From Okamejei kenojei (taxonomy: Eukaryota): a stretch of DNA of 64,000 nt. Position 1 is the stretch's first letter, and the number at the start of each line of letters is the position of its first letter. The position numbers and the translations under genes were made by a program. Below are positions 36,420 through 48,600 of this stretch, piece after piece. The notes beneath the pieces were generated by a model. It was given only the letters and a program-made list of their open reading frames with translations. It searched no databases and was not told where the DNA came from. The DNA lies in the NCBI GenBank assembly GCA_035221665.1, contig JAVHYY010000086.1, positions 310,001-374,000 of the forward strand. Reading direction: 5' to 3'.

Positions 36420-39400
36420 GGGTTCATGGCACAGAGATAAACAGCGGAGTCGAAGATCGCGGCCTCGTGGATCGTCGGCTCGGTGTACTTCGTGTTATCG
36501 TACGTAGCGTATTACTGTATGTATACAATATCGTATGTATCGTATGGATGTCAGATGTGGGAGGTAATAGAGTCGGGTAGCCCTCCAGACGTCCACATCT
36601 GCGCCAGGTGTGTCGAGATGGGGCTGCTAAAGGAGTGTGTAAGGAACCTGGAGCAGCAGCTCGATGACCTCCGTCTGGTCAGGGAGAGTGAGGAGGTCAT
36701 AGAGAGGAGTTACAGGGAGGAAGTCTCTCCAAAACCACAGGAGGCAGACAAGTGGATCACGGTTAGGAGAGGCAAGGGGCAGAGGCGGGCGCTAGAGAGT
36801 ACACCAGTGGCTGTACACCCTGGAAATAAGTACTCCTGTTTGAGTGCTGTTGGGGGGACCTGGGGGTAGCAACAGCGACCTGCCCTGCGGTACAGACACC
36901 GGCCCTGTTGCTCAGAAGGGTAAGGAAAATAAGATAATTGCATCAGCAATAGGGGACTCTATAGTTAGGGGGTCAGATTGGCGATTCTGTGGACGCAGTC
37001 CAGAGACCCGGATGGTAGTTTGCCTCCCTGGTGCCAGGGTCCGGGATGTGTTTGAACGTGTCCAAGATATCCTGAAAAGTGAGGGAGAGGAGCCTGAGGT
37101 CGTGGTACTTATTGGTACCAATGACATAGTTAAAAAAAGAGAGGAGATCCAGAAAGGTGAGTTTAGGGAGTTAGGAAGAGAGTTAAGGAAAAGAAAAGCA
37201 AACATAACAATCTCAGGATTACTTCCTTTGCCACGCGACAGTGAGAGTAGACATGGTGCAAGGTGGAAGATACATTCCTGGCAGAAGGACTGGTGCAGAG
37301 GGCAGGGATTCAAGTTTCTGAATCAATGGAACCTCTTTTGGGGAAGGAGTGACCTGTATAAAAAGGACGGGTTGCACTTGAACCCGAGGGTGACCAGTAT
37401 CCTGGCAGAGAAATTTGCAAAGGCTGGCGGGGGGACTTTAAGCTAGAACGGTTGGGGGGAGGGACTCAAGTAGTGAAAGCCAGTAGACAGGGTAGAAAGC
37501 CAATAGAAAGCCAGTAGACAGGGCTGAAAACGCTAGTTGTGTACAGGCCACCTAACAGTAATAGTGGAGTTGGGGATGGCATCAAGCAGGAAATTAGAAA
37601 TGCGTGCAACAAGGGTAAAACAGTTATAATGGGTGACTTCAATCTACATATAGATTGGGTGAATCAAATGGGCAGGGGTGCTGAGGAAGAGGATTTCTTG
37701 GAATGTATGCGGGAATGTTTTCTAAACCAACATGTAGAGGAACCAACGAGAGAGCAGGCTATTCTAGACTGGGTGTTGAGTAATGAGGGATGGTTAGTTT
37801 TCAGTCTTGTTGTGCGGGGCCCCTTGGGCTAGAGTGAGCAAAATATGGTTGAGTTCTTCATTAGGATGGAGAGTGGGTTGACAGTGGATGTGCAAAGGAA
37901 GGTATTTAAAGACTGCATTGATGAACTACAACAATGGTTCATCCCAGTTTGGCACAAGAATAAATCGTGGCAGGTAGTGCATCCATGGTTAATAAGGGAA
38001 ATCAGGGATAGTAAAAAAAAGATGAAGCTTACAAATTAGCCAGAAAAAGCAGCCTACCAGAGGACTGGGAGAAATTCAGAGTTCAGCAGAGGAGTGCAGA
38101 GGGCTTAATTAGGAAAGGAATAGATTATGAAAGAAAACTGGCAGGGAACATAAAAACTGACTGTAAACGTTTTATAGATATGTGAAGAGAAATAGATTAG
38201 TTAAAACAAATGTAGCTCCCTTGCAGTCAGAAACAGGTGAATTGATCATGGGGAACTAGGACATGGCAGACCAATTGAATAACTACTTTGGTTCTGTCTT
38301 CACTAAGGAAGACTTAAATAATCGGCCGGAAATAGCAGGGGACAGGGGGTCAAATAAGGTGGAGGAACTGAGTGAAATCCAGATTAGCCTAGAAGTGGAG
38401 TTGGGTAAATAGAATGGATTAAAGACCGATAAATCCCCAGGGCCAGATAGTCTGCATCCCAAAGTACTCAAGTAAGTAGGCACAGAAATACTGGAAGCAT
38501 TAGTGATAATTTTTCAAAACTGCTTAGATCCAGGAGTAGTTTCTGACGATTGGAGGGTTGCTAATGTAACCCCACTTTTAAAAAAAAGAAGGGAGAGAGA
38601 AAACGGGGAATTACAGACCAGTTAGTCTAACATCGGTAGTCGGGAAACTGCTAGTGTCAGTTATTAAAGATGGGATAGCAGTACATTTGGAAAGTGGAGA
38701 AATGATTAGACAAAGTCAGCATGGATTTACGAAAGATAAATGATGTCTGACGAATTTTATAGACTTTTTCGAGGATGTAACTAGCAGAGTGGATAAGAGA
38801 GAACCAGTGGATGTGTTATATCTAGACTTTCAGAAGGCCTTCGACAAGGTCGCACATAAGAGATTAGTACATAAACCTAAAGCACACGGTATTGGGGGTT
38901 CAGTATTGATGTGGATGGACAACTGGCTGGCAAAACAGGAAGCAATGGGTAGGAGTAAACGAGACATTTTCAGATTGGCAGGCAGTGACTAGTGGGGAAC
39001 CGCAAGACTGAGTGCTAGGACCCCAGCTATTTGCAATATATATTAACGATTTGGACGAGGGAATTGAATGCAACATATTCAAGTTTGCGGATGAAACTAA
39101 GCCTGGGGGGTGTGTTAGGTGTGAGGAGGATGCTAGGCGGCTGCAAGATGACTTGGATAGGTGAGTGGCCAAATGCATGGCAGATACAGTATAATGTGGA
39201 TAGATGTGAGGTTATCCACTTTGGTGGCAAAAAACAGGATAGTAGACTATTGTCTTAATGGTGGCAAATTAGGAAAAGGGGAGATGCATCGAGACCTGGT
39301 TGTCATGGTACACCAACAATTGAAAGTAGGCATGCAGGTGCAGCAGGCAGTGAAGAAAGCAAATGGTATGTTAACATGCATAGCGAAAGGATTTTAGTAT

Positions 39401-40410
39401 AGGAGCAGGGAGGTTCTACTGCAGATGTACACGGTTTTGTTGAGACCACACCTGGAGTATTGCGTACAGTTTTGGTATCCAAATCTGAGAAAATACATTC
39501 TTGCAATAGAGGCGGTACAGAGAAGGTTCACCATTCTGATTTCTGGGATGTCAGGACTTTCATATGAGGAAAGACTGGATAGACTTGGCTTGTACTCGCT
39601 AGAATTTAGAAGAATAAGGTGGGATCTTATACAAACTTACAAAATTCATAAGGGGTTGGATAGGCTAGATGCAGGAAGATTGTCCCCGATGTTGGGGAGG
39701 TTCAGAACAAGGGGTCACAGTCTAAGGATAAGGGGGAATTCCTTTAGGACCGAGATGAGGAAAACATTTTCACACAGAGCGTGGTGAGTCTCTGGAATTA
39801 TCTGCCACAGAAGGTAGTTGTGGCCAGTTCATTCGCTATATTTAAGAGGGAGTTAGATGTGGCCCTTGTTGTTAAAGGGATCTGGGGATATGGAGAGAAG
39901 GCAGATACAGTATACCGAGTTGAATGATCAGCCATGATTATATTGAATGGCGGTGCAGGCTCGAAGGGCCGAATGGCCTAGACCTTCACCTATTTTCTAT
40001 GTTTCCATGTTTCTATGTAGCAGGAACCCGATCGGGGAGGTCAATATTTATGCTCTGTTGTCTTGCAATAATACGAAGCAGACACTGCGGAGGTTTGCGG
40101 GGCCGCTGTCTGTACCAGAAGGCATTGGGGTGTGCAATGTTTGTTTTCAATGTGCAGTTTAATTTGATAGTGTTTTCCTCTTCGAAAAACGTTTCAGCGA
40201 CTGGCTGCTGCACTGTGTCTTGGCAGCTACATTCTAACGGAAATTACGAGGACAGTCATCAGCGTAACCTCTATCAATCCAATCACCGTCATTCTATAAA
40301 TGTAATTTTCAGGATTACATAGATTTAGTTAAGTCTGGAATATTGCTCGGTGTGAAAGTCTTACCGATAAGTGACATAATGATGAGGAGCGAAGCCAGGC
40401 ATTCCTTCTT
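36420..40410 (-). pseudogene. TCR V pseudogene V6 (V3 family) split by a CR1: leader 40410-40365, V exon 5' half 40233-40017, 3' half 36508-36420
   Basis: Leader (AAG for ATG)KECLASLLIIMSLI|GTAAG. CSCQDTVQQPVAETFFEEENTIKLNCTLKTNIAHPNAFWYRQRPRKPPQCLLRIIARQQSINIDLPDRVPAT // YDNTKYTEPTIHEAAIFDSAVYLCAMNP; the halves rejoin in frame across TSD GTAGC. Confidence 0.92.
36509..40016 (+). mobile_element. Near-full-length CR1 LINE (ORF1 with Zn-finger and SGNH esterase, internally deleted ORF2)
   Basis: ORF1: CQMWE..HICARC, AIGDSIVRG, VCLPGARV, LIGTNDI, DGLHLN. ORF2: YRPPN, MGDFN, ILDWVL, YLDFQKAFDKV. TSD GTAGC at 36504-36508 and 40017-40021. Confidence 0.95.
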
Positions 40411-41049
40411 GGTGATGAGTCCTGTGTCTTCGTCTCTCGAGTGGGAGATCACTATATGGGAAAAGTGTTCCGGGCATCCACCCTCAACATCGCGCCAAGT
40501 CAACCAATCACAAGCAGCAGTTAACAACCACAATTGTCCAATCACGCGATTTGCGCAACTCACGGGAACCAAACGTGAAATGGGGGTGGTGCGGCTGCAA
40601 TTGTGAACACTCTGCCGACCGGAGAGCGCGTACAAGTTCAGGTAGAGCGTAGCGGCACACGGCAGTGAACGGAAGTTGGGAAATTGGTTGTCCGAGGGAA
40701 GACCGGAAATGAAGGAGGTGTTCTCACCGACCCTGCGTATACAAGCCGCCGTTTTGGAATCGAACCGAAACGATAACGGCCTTTAATCATCCCTGTCAAC
40801 GAATTATGGAATGTACATTTAAGTTGACATGCACCACCATCAAACTAATTCAGGCGCACGGTAATTTGCAAAGTGAGAATGTGTTTCTATCAGACAATTG
40901 TCTTCATTACAGGAGTGCGAGTGCCGATTGTGTGGGTGGGAGAAGACAGACGAGAACTGCAATTGTTGGTTTCTTAAACCCTCTCTGGAGTACATGGATA
41001 TGCGACGTTTTGGTCGGGACTCTTCTCGGGATCGTAAAAGTTGGCTATC

Positions 41050-41336
41050 TACGTTGAACAGGTACTATGGGTCTGTCTTTACTAAGGAAGACATAAAAAA
41101 TCTCGCAGATGTTACAGTGGCCAAAGGACCGATGATGGAGGAACTGAAGGAAATTCACATTCGGCAGGAAATTATGTTGGGCAGAGTGATGGGACTGAAG
41201 GCTGATAAATTCCCAGGGCCTGACTGTCTGCATTCCAGGGTACTTAAGGAGCTGGCTCAAGAAATCGTGGACGCATTGGTAATCGATTTCCAATGTTCTT
41301 TCGATTCAGGATCAGTTTCTGTGGATTGGGGGAGAA

Positions 41337-41391
<55 letters not shown>

Positions 41392-42790
41392 TATGGAAAC
41401 ATAGACCAGTTAGCCAGACATCGGTGATGAGGACGATGCGGGAGTCAATTATAATAGATGGAACAGCCGCACATTTGGATAGCACTAACAGGACAGGACC
41501 GGTCCGAGTCAGCACGGATTTACGAAGGGGTAATCATGCTTGACTAATCTTATGGATTTTTTGGGGGATGTAACTAGTAAAATGGACAAGAGAGAGCCAG
41601 TGGATGGAGTGTAACTGCACTTCCAGAAAACCTTTGATAAGATCCCACATGGGAGATTAGTGGGGAAAATTAGCTTACATGGTATTGAGGGTAGGGTACT
41701 GACATGGATAGAAAAAGAAGGTTGGCAGACATGAAACGATGAGTGGGGATTACCGGGTCCCGTTCAGAATGGCAGGCGCTAGTGGGGTACCACGTGGCTC
41801 GGTGCTGGGTTCGCAGGTATTTACAATATACATTCATGATTTAGATGGAGGGATTAAAAGTAACATGAGGAAATTTGCGAATGACACAATGTTGGGTGGC
41901 AATGTGAATTGTGAGGAGGATGCTATGATGATGCAGGGTGACTGGGATAGGTTGGGTGAGTGGGCAGATGTATGGCAGATGCAGTTTCGTGTGGATACAT
42001 TTGGGTTATCCACTTTGCTGGCAAGAAGAGGAAGGCAGATTATTATCTGAATTATGTTAATTCGGGAAAAGTGGAGGTACAGCGACATCTGGGTGTCCTT
42101 GTGCATCGGTTACTAAAAGAAAACATGCCGGTACAGCACGCAGTGAAGAACGTTAATGGCGTGTTGGCCTTCATAACCAGAGGAGTTGAGTACAGGAGCA
42201 AAGAGGTCCTTCTGCAGTTATACAGGGCCCTGGTAAGATTGAACCTGGAGTAGTGTGTGCAGTTTTGTTCTGCAAATTTGAAGAGTGACATTCTTGCCAT
42301 TGCGTGAGTTCAGTGTAGGTCACGAGGTTAATTCCCGGATGGGTGGACTGTCATATGTTGAAAGAATGAAGCGACTGGGCTTGTATACACTGGAATTTAG
42401 AAGGATGAGATGGGATCTTATTGAAGAAAATACAATTAATAAACTATTCGACACGCTATACGCAGGAAACATGTTCCCGATGTCGGGACGTGCAGAACCA
42501 GGGGCCACAGTTTAAGACTAATGGGTGGGCCATTTAGAATGAAGAGGATACATTATTCACCCAGAGAGTTGTGAATCTGTGGAATTTTCTGCCGCAGAAG
42601 GCAGTGGAGGCCGATTCTCTGGATGCTTTCAAGAAAGTGTTAGATAGCGCACTTAAAGTTAGCGGAATTAGGGGATATAGGGAGAAGGCAGGAACAAGCT
42701 GATTGTCGGTGATCATCCATGATCACGGTGAATGACGGTGCGGCCTCAAATGGCCGAATGGCCTACCCTTGCACCTATTGTCTATTGTCA
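41050..42790 (+). mobile_element. CR1 LINE fragment with internal (GA)n at 41341-41388
   Basis: SVFTKED, KFPGPDCLHSRVLKE, GVPRGSVLG..FTIYIHDL, LYRALVR; CTATTGTCTATTG tail. Confidence 0.9.
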
Positions 42791-42935
42791 ATTTTTTTTC
42801 AAATTTGCTGTCTGTCCCACTGAGTTACGTCAGCATTTGCGTTTGTTTTTGCTTTGAGTGGGTGTAAATGTTTGTTCTTGATGAAGAATATCCTCGATGC
42901 TAATACCAGATAGTGCCGGGTCGAACATACGATTT

Positions 42936-42954
42936 ATACCACCAGATGGCAGCA
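42936..42954 (+). promoter_or_regulatory. Putative CTCF-binding site
   Basis: ATACCACCAGATGGCAGCA, a near-ideal core (CCACCAGATGGCAG). Confidence 0.7.
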
Positions 42955-44268
42955 AACTCTCAGTTACAGTTGAACGTCAAATTATGCCGTAAATGTTACC
43001 GGCCCGATGAATGTTTCAAGCATTTTAAACATTGGATCTTTCCCCAATAAACTGAACATAAATATTTGCTTCTCCACTCACCTGGCAACCAAACGGACTC
43101 TCGCGTCAGCTGCAGATTGAGTGGTTCTCCCTGGTTAACTATGGATGACTTGTCCCGCTGCTAAGAGCAGTGATGCAAAATAATAAATATTTTCCATAGC
43201 AAGCTGTTTCGGAAGTCAGTGAGGTCTGAGGGTGGAGTATGGGGTAAAATGCTGACCCTAACCCTAAACGTAATTCTCAAATTTTATGTTGCATCTAGGA
43301 ACGCTCCCCTCTTCCTGTGCCCCCTTCCTCCATCCAAGTCGTTTAACCAGTTCAACATTGAATTCCACTTGAGATCACACTTTTCCCAGCTAGCAATTGA
43401 CGACGCAAGTTATTTGTTATTGCCCCTGATAGGACCCGGTATTTTCTCGCATCCAGCTCTTCCCACGTCCCATCTCTTTAGTCTCGACCCGAATCCCCAA
43501 CTATACTTTTTTTCTCAAGAGATATTCCTTATTCCGCTGAGTTAGTCTGACAGTAGCAGGTTGTTTATAATACCGACGAGGTTACTGACACGGGAGCACA
43601 ATCGCTAAGCACCATAAGAACAATACCGTCTTGGACTCGAGTGGGTTTATGAACAAGGAGCAACGGTAGATACAGAATAATATTATTGGACGGTGTTATT
43701 GCAAATTAACAAAAACATATTTACTAAAATACTAGGGCGTTGGGAGAGCAATTTGGCGTCACCTTACCTACAATAACTGCAAGCAAACAAACAGTATTGC
43801 ACCTGGATCAGGAGAAATCAACGTGTCTTTGCATTCCAAGTGCCTTAAAGAGAATATGCCACACGGTACATAAAACAAGATTAGCAAACCTCTCAGCGGA
43901 ATTGTGTTGCTCGCTCAACTATCTGAAGCAAATTATTGACCAGTTGAAAAGTAATCAGTGTATGGGCATGCAGTATTAGAGGCGAGCAAAAGGATCAGCG
44001 GTATATGGGCCAGTTTCAGTGCCACTGTTATCAAACGGACATGGTCTGCGCCTGGATCAGTAGGAACCGCTGGTATTCTCGTAGCATGCAAAGCAGCAAT
44101 AGTGCAATGTGCACAGTGATCGTGCCTGTTGAAAGACGAAGTTATCTTTAAAACAGGGATTTTGCCCGGTCAATGCAATACGCGCAGAGGTTTAAAGATC
44201 ATTTGCGATTCAAAAAATGCTGTAAACCTAACATGAAAGATGTGCCCAAAAGATAAGGCAGTCTCAGT

Positions 44269-44491
44269 NNNNNNNNNNNNNNNNNNNNNNNNNNNNNNNN
44301 NNNNNNNNNNNNNNNNNNNNNNNNNNNNNNNNNNNNNNNNNNNNNNNNNNNNNNNNNNNNNNNNNNNNNNNNNNNNNNNNNNNNNNNNNNNNNNNNNNNN
44401 NNNNNNNNNNNNNNNNNNNNNNNNNNNNNNNNNNNNNNNNNNNNNNNNNNNNNNNNNNNNNNNNNNNNNNNNNNNNNNNNNNNNNNNNNNN
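44269..44491. other. Assembly gap flanked by (GA)n
   Basis: Run of N followed by GA repeats. Confidence 1.
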
Positions 44492-46282
44492 GAGAGAGAG
44501 AGGGGGTGGAGAGAGATATATATATAGTGAGAGAGAGAGAGAGAGAGAGAGTGAGCGAGGGAAAGAGAAATAGAGAGCCAGAGAGGTTCACATTATTAAA
44601 ATGTCATCACAACAACGAATTTACGTGACGTTATATGACCGACCAAAGTACATAACATATACGCCGAATATACGTATACATACAATCTAAATGGAATCTA
44701 CATAGAATATAAAATATACACAGAATATATATATAACATAGAATAATATAGCACGGAAAACGGCCCCACGCTCACAATGTCCGTTCCGTACATAATTCCA
44801 CGTTACACTACTGTACTCCATAGGACATGGACCCCAAGATCCCTCTGTACTCAATGCTGTTGAGGATCTTGCCATTCACTGAAAATGTTCACCTCATATC
44901 CGACATTTCTACGTGCAATGCCTCAGAATTGCTAGAATTTAATATTCACCTCCCTTTTCCCCGCCCATTACTCCAGAGGCCCGACGTTCCGCTCGCAACA
45001 GTGACAGCCTTCCTCACAGTTCGAAACACCACACGTTCTGATGTCGATAACAACCATGCTAAGCAACCCTTCTACATTCATATTCCAATTGTTTATGCAT
45101 ATTGTCCAAAATAACAGCGGTCCAATCACCGATCCCAATCACCGGTGGCAGACTTCCAGTTATATAAAATACCGCTCCACCACCACTCTATTTTATGTGT
45201 GGTCAAAGCTGGTTTTCATTCAATGTACCAAGCGTATACTTTGCGCCATAATATTCTAGAGGAGAAGTGGGGAGAGTCGAGGACCAGAGACCATAGTCCC
45301 AGAATTAAAGAACATTCCTTTAGGAATGAGAAGATGAGGAATTTCTTTACTCAGTGGCTGGCGATTCTGTGTAGTTATTTGCCACAAATGTCTGTGGAGG
45401 CCAAGTCAATGGATATTTTAAAGACAGAGATAGATACTGTAGATTCTTGATGTAGAGGGATGTAATGGGATTATGAGAATAAATCGGCCATTATTGAGTA
45501 GCGAAGTAGACGTTGGTCAAAATGGCCTGATTCTGCTCATATCACATGACCTTTTGACAGTATGAGTCTACCATGAGGAAATTAATATGATTTAATGATG
45601 GGCCTGCAAACATTAACGTATCGGCGAGGACCGCAAGATGTGAATACAAGGAAAGGGTAACGTTATGCGCCATCAACAACCATGCATTAAGCGGCCATTA
45701 CGGCAAGAAAATGACATGCCATCGGGTTTGACCGGTCCTCTGAAAAACGATAGGCTGATCTGTCCGTAAACTCAATGTTACCAGGCATACGCAAACTCGC
45801 AGCAGTCAGTGATAATGGAAAGAAGCAGGATTGCAGCGAAGAAATACACCTGATCGTACTCGTAACTAATTTTCAATAAATTGCAGATCATTGGTCCCAT
45901 TGTTCCATCAGTGCCTTTAGCTATTGAGGTGACAACATCCGTATTCATCAGCAATATTGCCCACAATCATTTCATCGTAGATAGGTTGTGGCCTGCTGAC
46001 TGTACATCTGTCTAACTCCTCCCACAACCAAGTCAGATGAGCGAGGAAGCCGTTGTTCTATTGGGCTGATCGCTCGAGGAATAGACTGAAAACTGAAGTT
46101 CCCTCTTCATCCCGGTCAGTTATTCACACCACACTCAGTAATATCCGGAAAACACTCTGTGATAGCGAACTCGATTACTGAAGGCGTTCCAGTCCAGCTG
46201 TGTGCAATAGCCACGATAACACTCCAGAGCAACTATCTTCTTCTTCTTCCGGTCACATCCCCTCTGGTCCTAGGACTAAACC

Positions 46283-47328
46283 ATGAGAGTTGTCATTGTT
46301 TTCACGCTCTGTGTCTATTTATTCTGTGAGTATCTATCAAACGCGAATTGGATAAAGAAAGAACAACTTCCCATCTGAAACTACAGGACGCTTTTTTCGC
46401 TCTCGCTGCTTTTAAATGGGCCGAGCGGCGTGGCGTTGGCAGTGGGCAATGGGAGACGCCAGCGCAGATTATTTTTCGAGAGTTTTACCAAAAATAGCGT
46501 TCTCAAATAAGAGCAAGTTGTTTCACAATAGGTGTCCATTTAGGCCTCTTTTAGTGCCAGTCCAGAAAAAGATTTTCATATTTCCACCGAAATGAAGGCT
46601 ACGCCAGAGACACGATGGAACTGCAAGACACTGGAATCTTGAGCAAAACGCAAAGTGCCGGAGTAACTCAGCGGCCCAGGCATCATTTGTTGAGGGGATG
46701 GACAGGCGGAGTCTCCAGTATGGCCATTGCTTCAGACTGGAGAGCACGTTTGTGCTCGGGAAGGCGGCGGCATCCAGTATTTCAACAGTCTGTCGCTGTT
46801 CTGCTGACACGGTGATTCTACATTTCCCAAGACCCAGTCTGATCCTCTAGAAATACTTGTTCGTTGCCCTTCTTGCCAGCTTATATTTGATCACGGAAAT
46901 ATCGTTGTAGCGAACTGTTCTTCCGGCCTGCCACTTATCCCAACCCAACCTTTAAAATGTTGCTTAAGTGTGGTTTGTACTGATGACTCATTTTGTTTTT
47001 CCTGAAACGTGTCACAGGTTTGAGGTCTGGAGGTTCCGCAACCGAACTCAAGCCTTCAGCGAGAATGAGAGAAGATGAAGTGGTGACGATGTTTTTGCAA
47101 TTATAGCACGAGAGAATCCGCTTATTCTTTATTTTGGTTCAGAAAACAGGCAGAGAATGGGCTCGAGTTTATTGCGCGGATGAAGTCTTGGATGATTGAA
47201 GAAGGGAGAGCCGAGGAATTCCACACCCGCTTTTTCCCGAAGCACGACATGAATTCCAAATCCTTCAGCTTAACGATATCAGGCTTACTGATAACCGATT
47301 CAGCTGTGTATTACTGCGCTCTCGAATG
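46283..47328 (+). pseudogene. TCR alpha/delta V segment V7: leader 46283-46325, intron 46326-47017, V exon 47018-47328, single +1 frameshift
   Basis: MRVVIVFTLCVYLF|GTGAGT..CACAG|LRSGGSATELKPSARMREDEVVTMF, then an extra T in the T5 run at 47092-47096, then CNYSTRESAYSLFWFRKQAENGLEFIARMKSW..RFFPKHDMNSKSFSLTISGLLITDSAVYYCALE. Confidence 0.9.
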
Positions 47329-47366
47329 CACAGTGATGGAAAACAGCGTTTACCACCACAAAAACC
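47329..47366 (+). promoter_or_regulatory. RSS of V7 (consensus heptamer and nonamer, 22-nt spacer)
   Basis: CACAGTG (47329-47335), 22 nt, ACAAAAACC (47358-47366). Confidence 0.93.
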
Positions 47367-47806
47367 TCCCGTGCCTGTGCTGCGTAAATCATGCCTGTTA
47401 TCGTATTCGCGGGGAGTCGCCAGGTTGCGCCGCAATGCCTAGCGCACTAAATGTTGGTACACACCCAGAGGAAATCAGAAAAAAACATCTGCAAAAAAAA
47501 ATCAGAATAAACTGTCTGCAAACGTTTCCACGAAGAGCTAATGAGAACATTTGAATGAAACCACAGTGGAAATTATTACACGACGCACCATTCGCGAATA
47601 ATACGACAGAAAAAAAGGGGACGGTTAGACATTCAGGGCAACCCACCGAGGATAAACCTCTGTAACCTCTTCCCACCCACGTGGGCGAATGGCTCCAGCG
47701 CACGATGGGGCATCTTAGTAAGCATGGATAATTTTGGCCAAAGAGCAGTTTCCCCTGCTGTATGACCCTGCGTCTCAGGTTGCATTAGTCTCGATCCATA
47801 GATCTA

Positions 47807-48600
47807 TTAGAAACATAGAAACATCGAAAATAGGTGCAGGAGGAGGACATTCGGCCCTTCGAGCAATCACCACCATTCAATATGATCCTAGCTGTTCATC
47901 CAGAATCAGTACCCAGTTCCCGCTGTTTCCCCATATCCCTTGATTCAGTTGGCCGAAGAGCTAACTCTCTCTCGAATACACCGAATGAATTGGCCTCCAC
48001 TGCCTTCTGTGCCAGAGATTTCTACAGATTCAAAGCTCTCTCGTTGGAAAGGCTTTTCCTCATCACAGTCCCAAGTGGCGTACCCCTTATTCTTAAATGG
48101 TGATCCCTGGTTCTGGACCCCCAACATCGGGAACATTTTTCCTGTACAATTCCTTATGAACCGCATATGTTTCTATGATATACCTCTTCATCCTTCCAAT
48201 TTACAGTGAATGTAACCCCAGTCGATCCATTCTTTCATCATAGGTCAGACCCGCCATCCCGGGAATTAAGATGGTGAACATACGCTGCACTCCCTCAATG
48301 GCAAGAATATCATTCCTCAAATAAGGAGACCAAAACTGCGGACTTACCAGGGCCCTGTATGATCGCCTTGCTCCTTTACACAAATCCTCTCGCTATGAAA
48401 GCCAACATGCCATTAGCTTTCTTCATTGCCCGTTATACCTGCATGCTTACTTTCAGTGATTAATGTACAATGACACCAGTGTCTCGTTGCCCCGCTCCTT
48501 TTCCTAACCTGACGCCATTCAGTTAATCATCGGTCTTCTTGTTCTTACCACCAATGTTGATAAACTCACATTTATTGCATCAGCTGACATGATCTATCCA
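47807..48600 (-). mobile_element. CR1 3' fragment
   Basis: TAGAAACATAGAAAC tail; YRALVSPQFWSPYLRNDILAIEGVQR. Confidence 0.85.

Noticed and set aside
44111-44150. Isolated CACAGTG heptamers (also ~15302, ~47562)
   Set aside because: No nonamer at the proper spacing and no upstream YYC motif.
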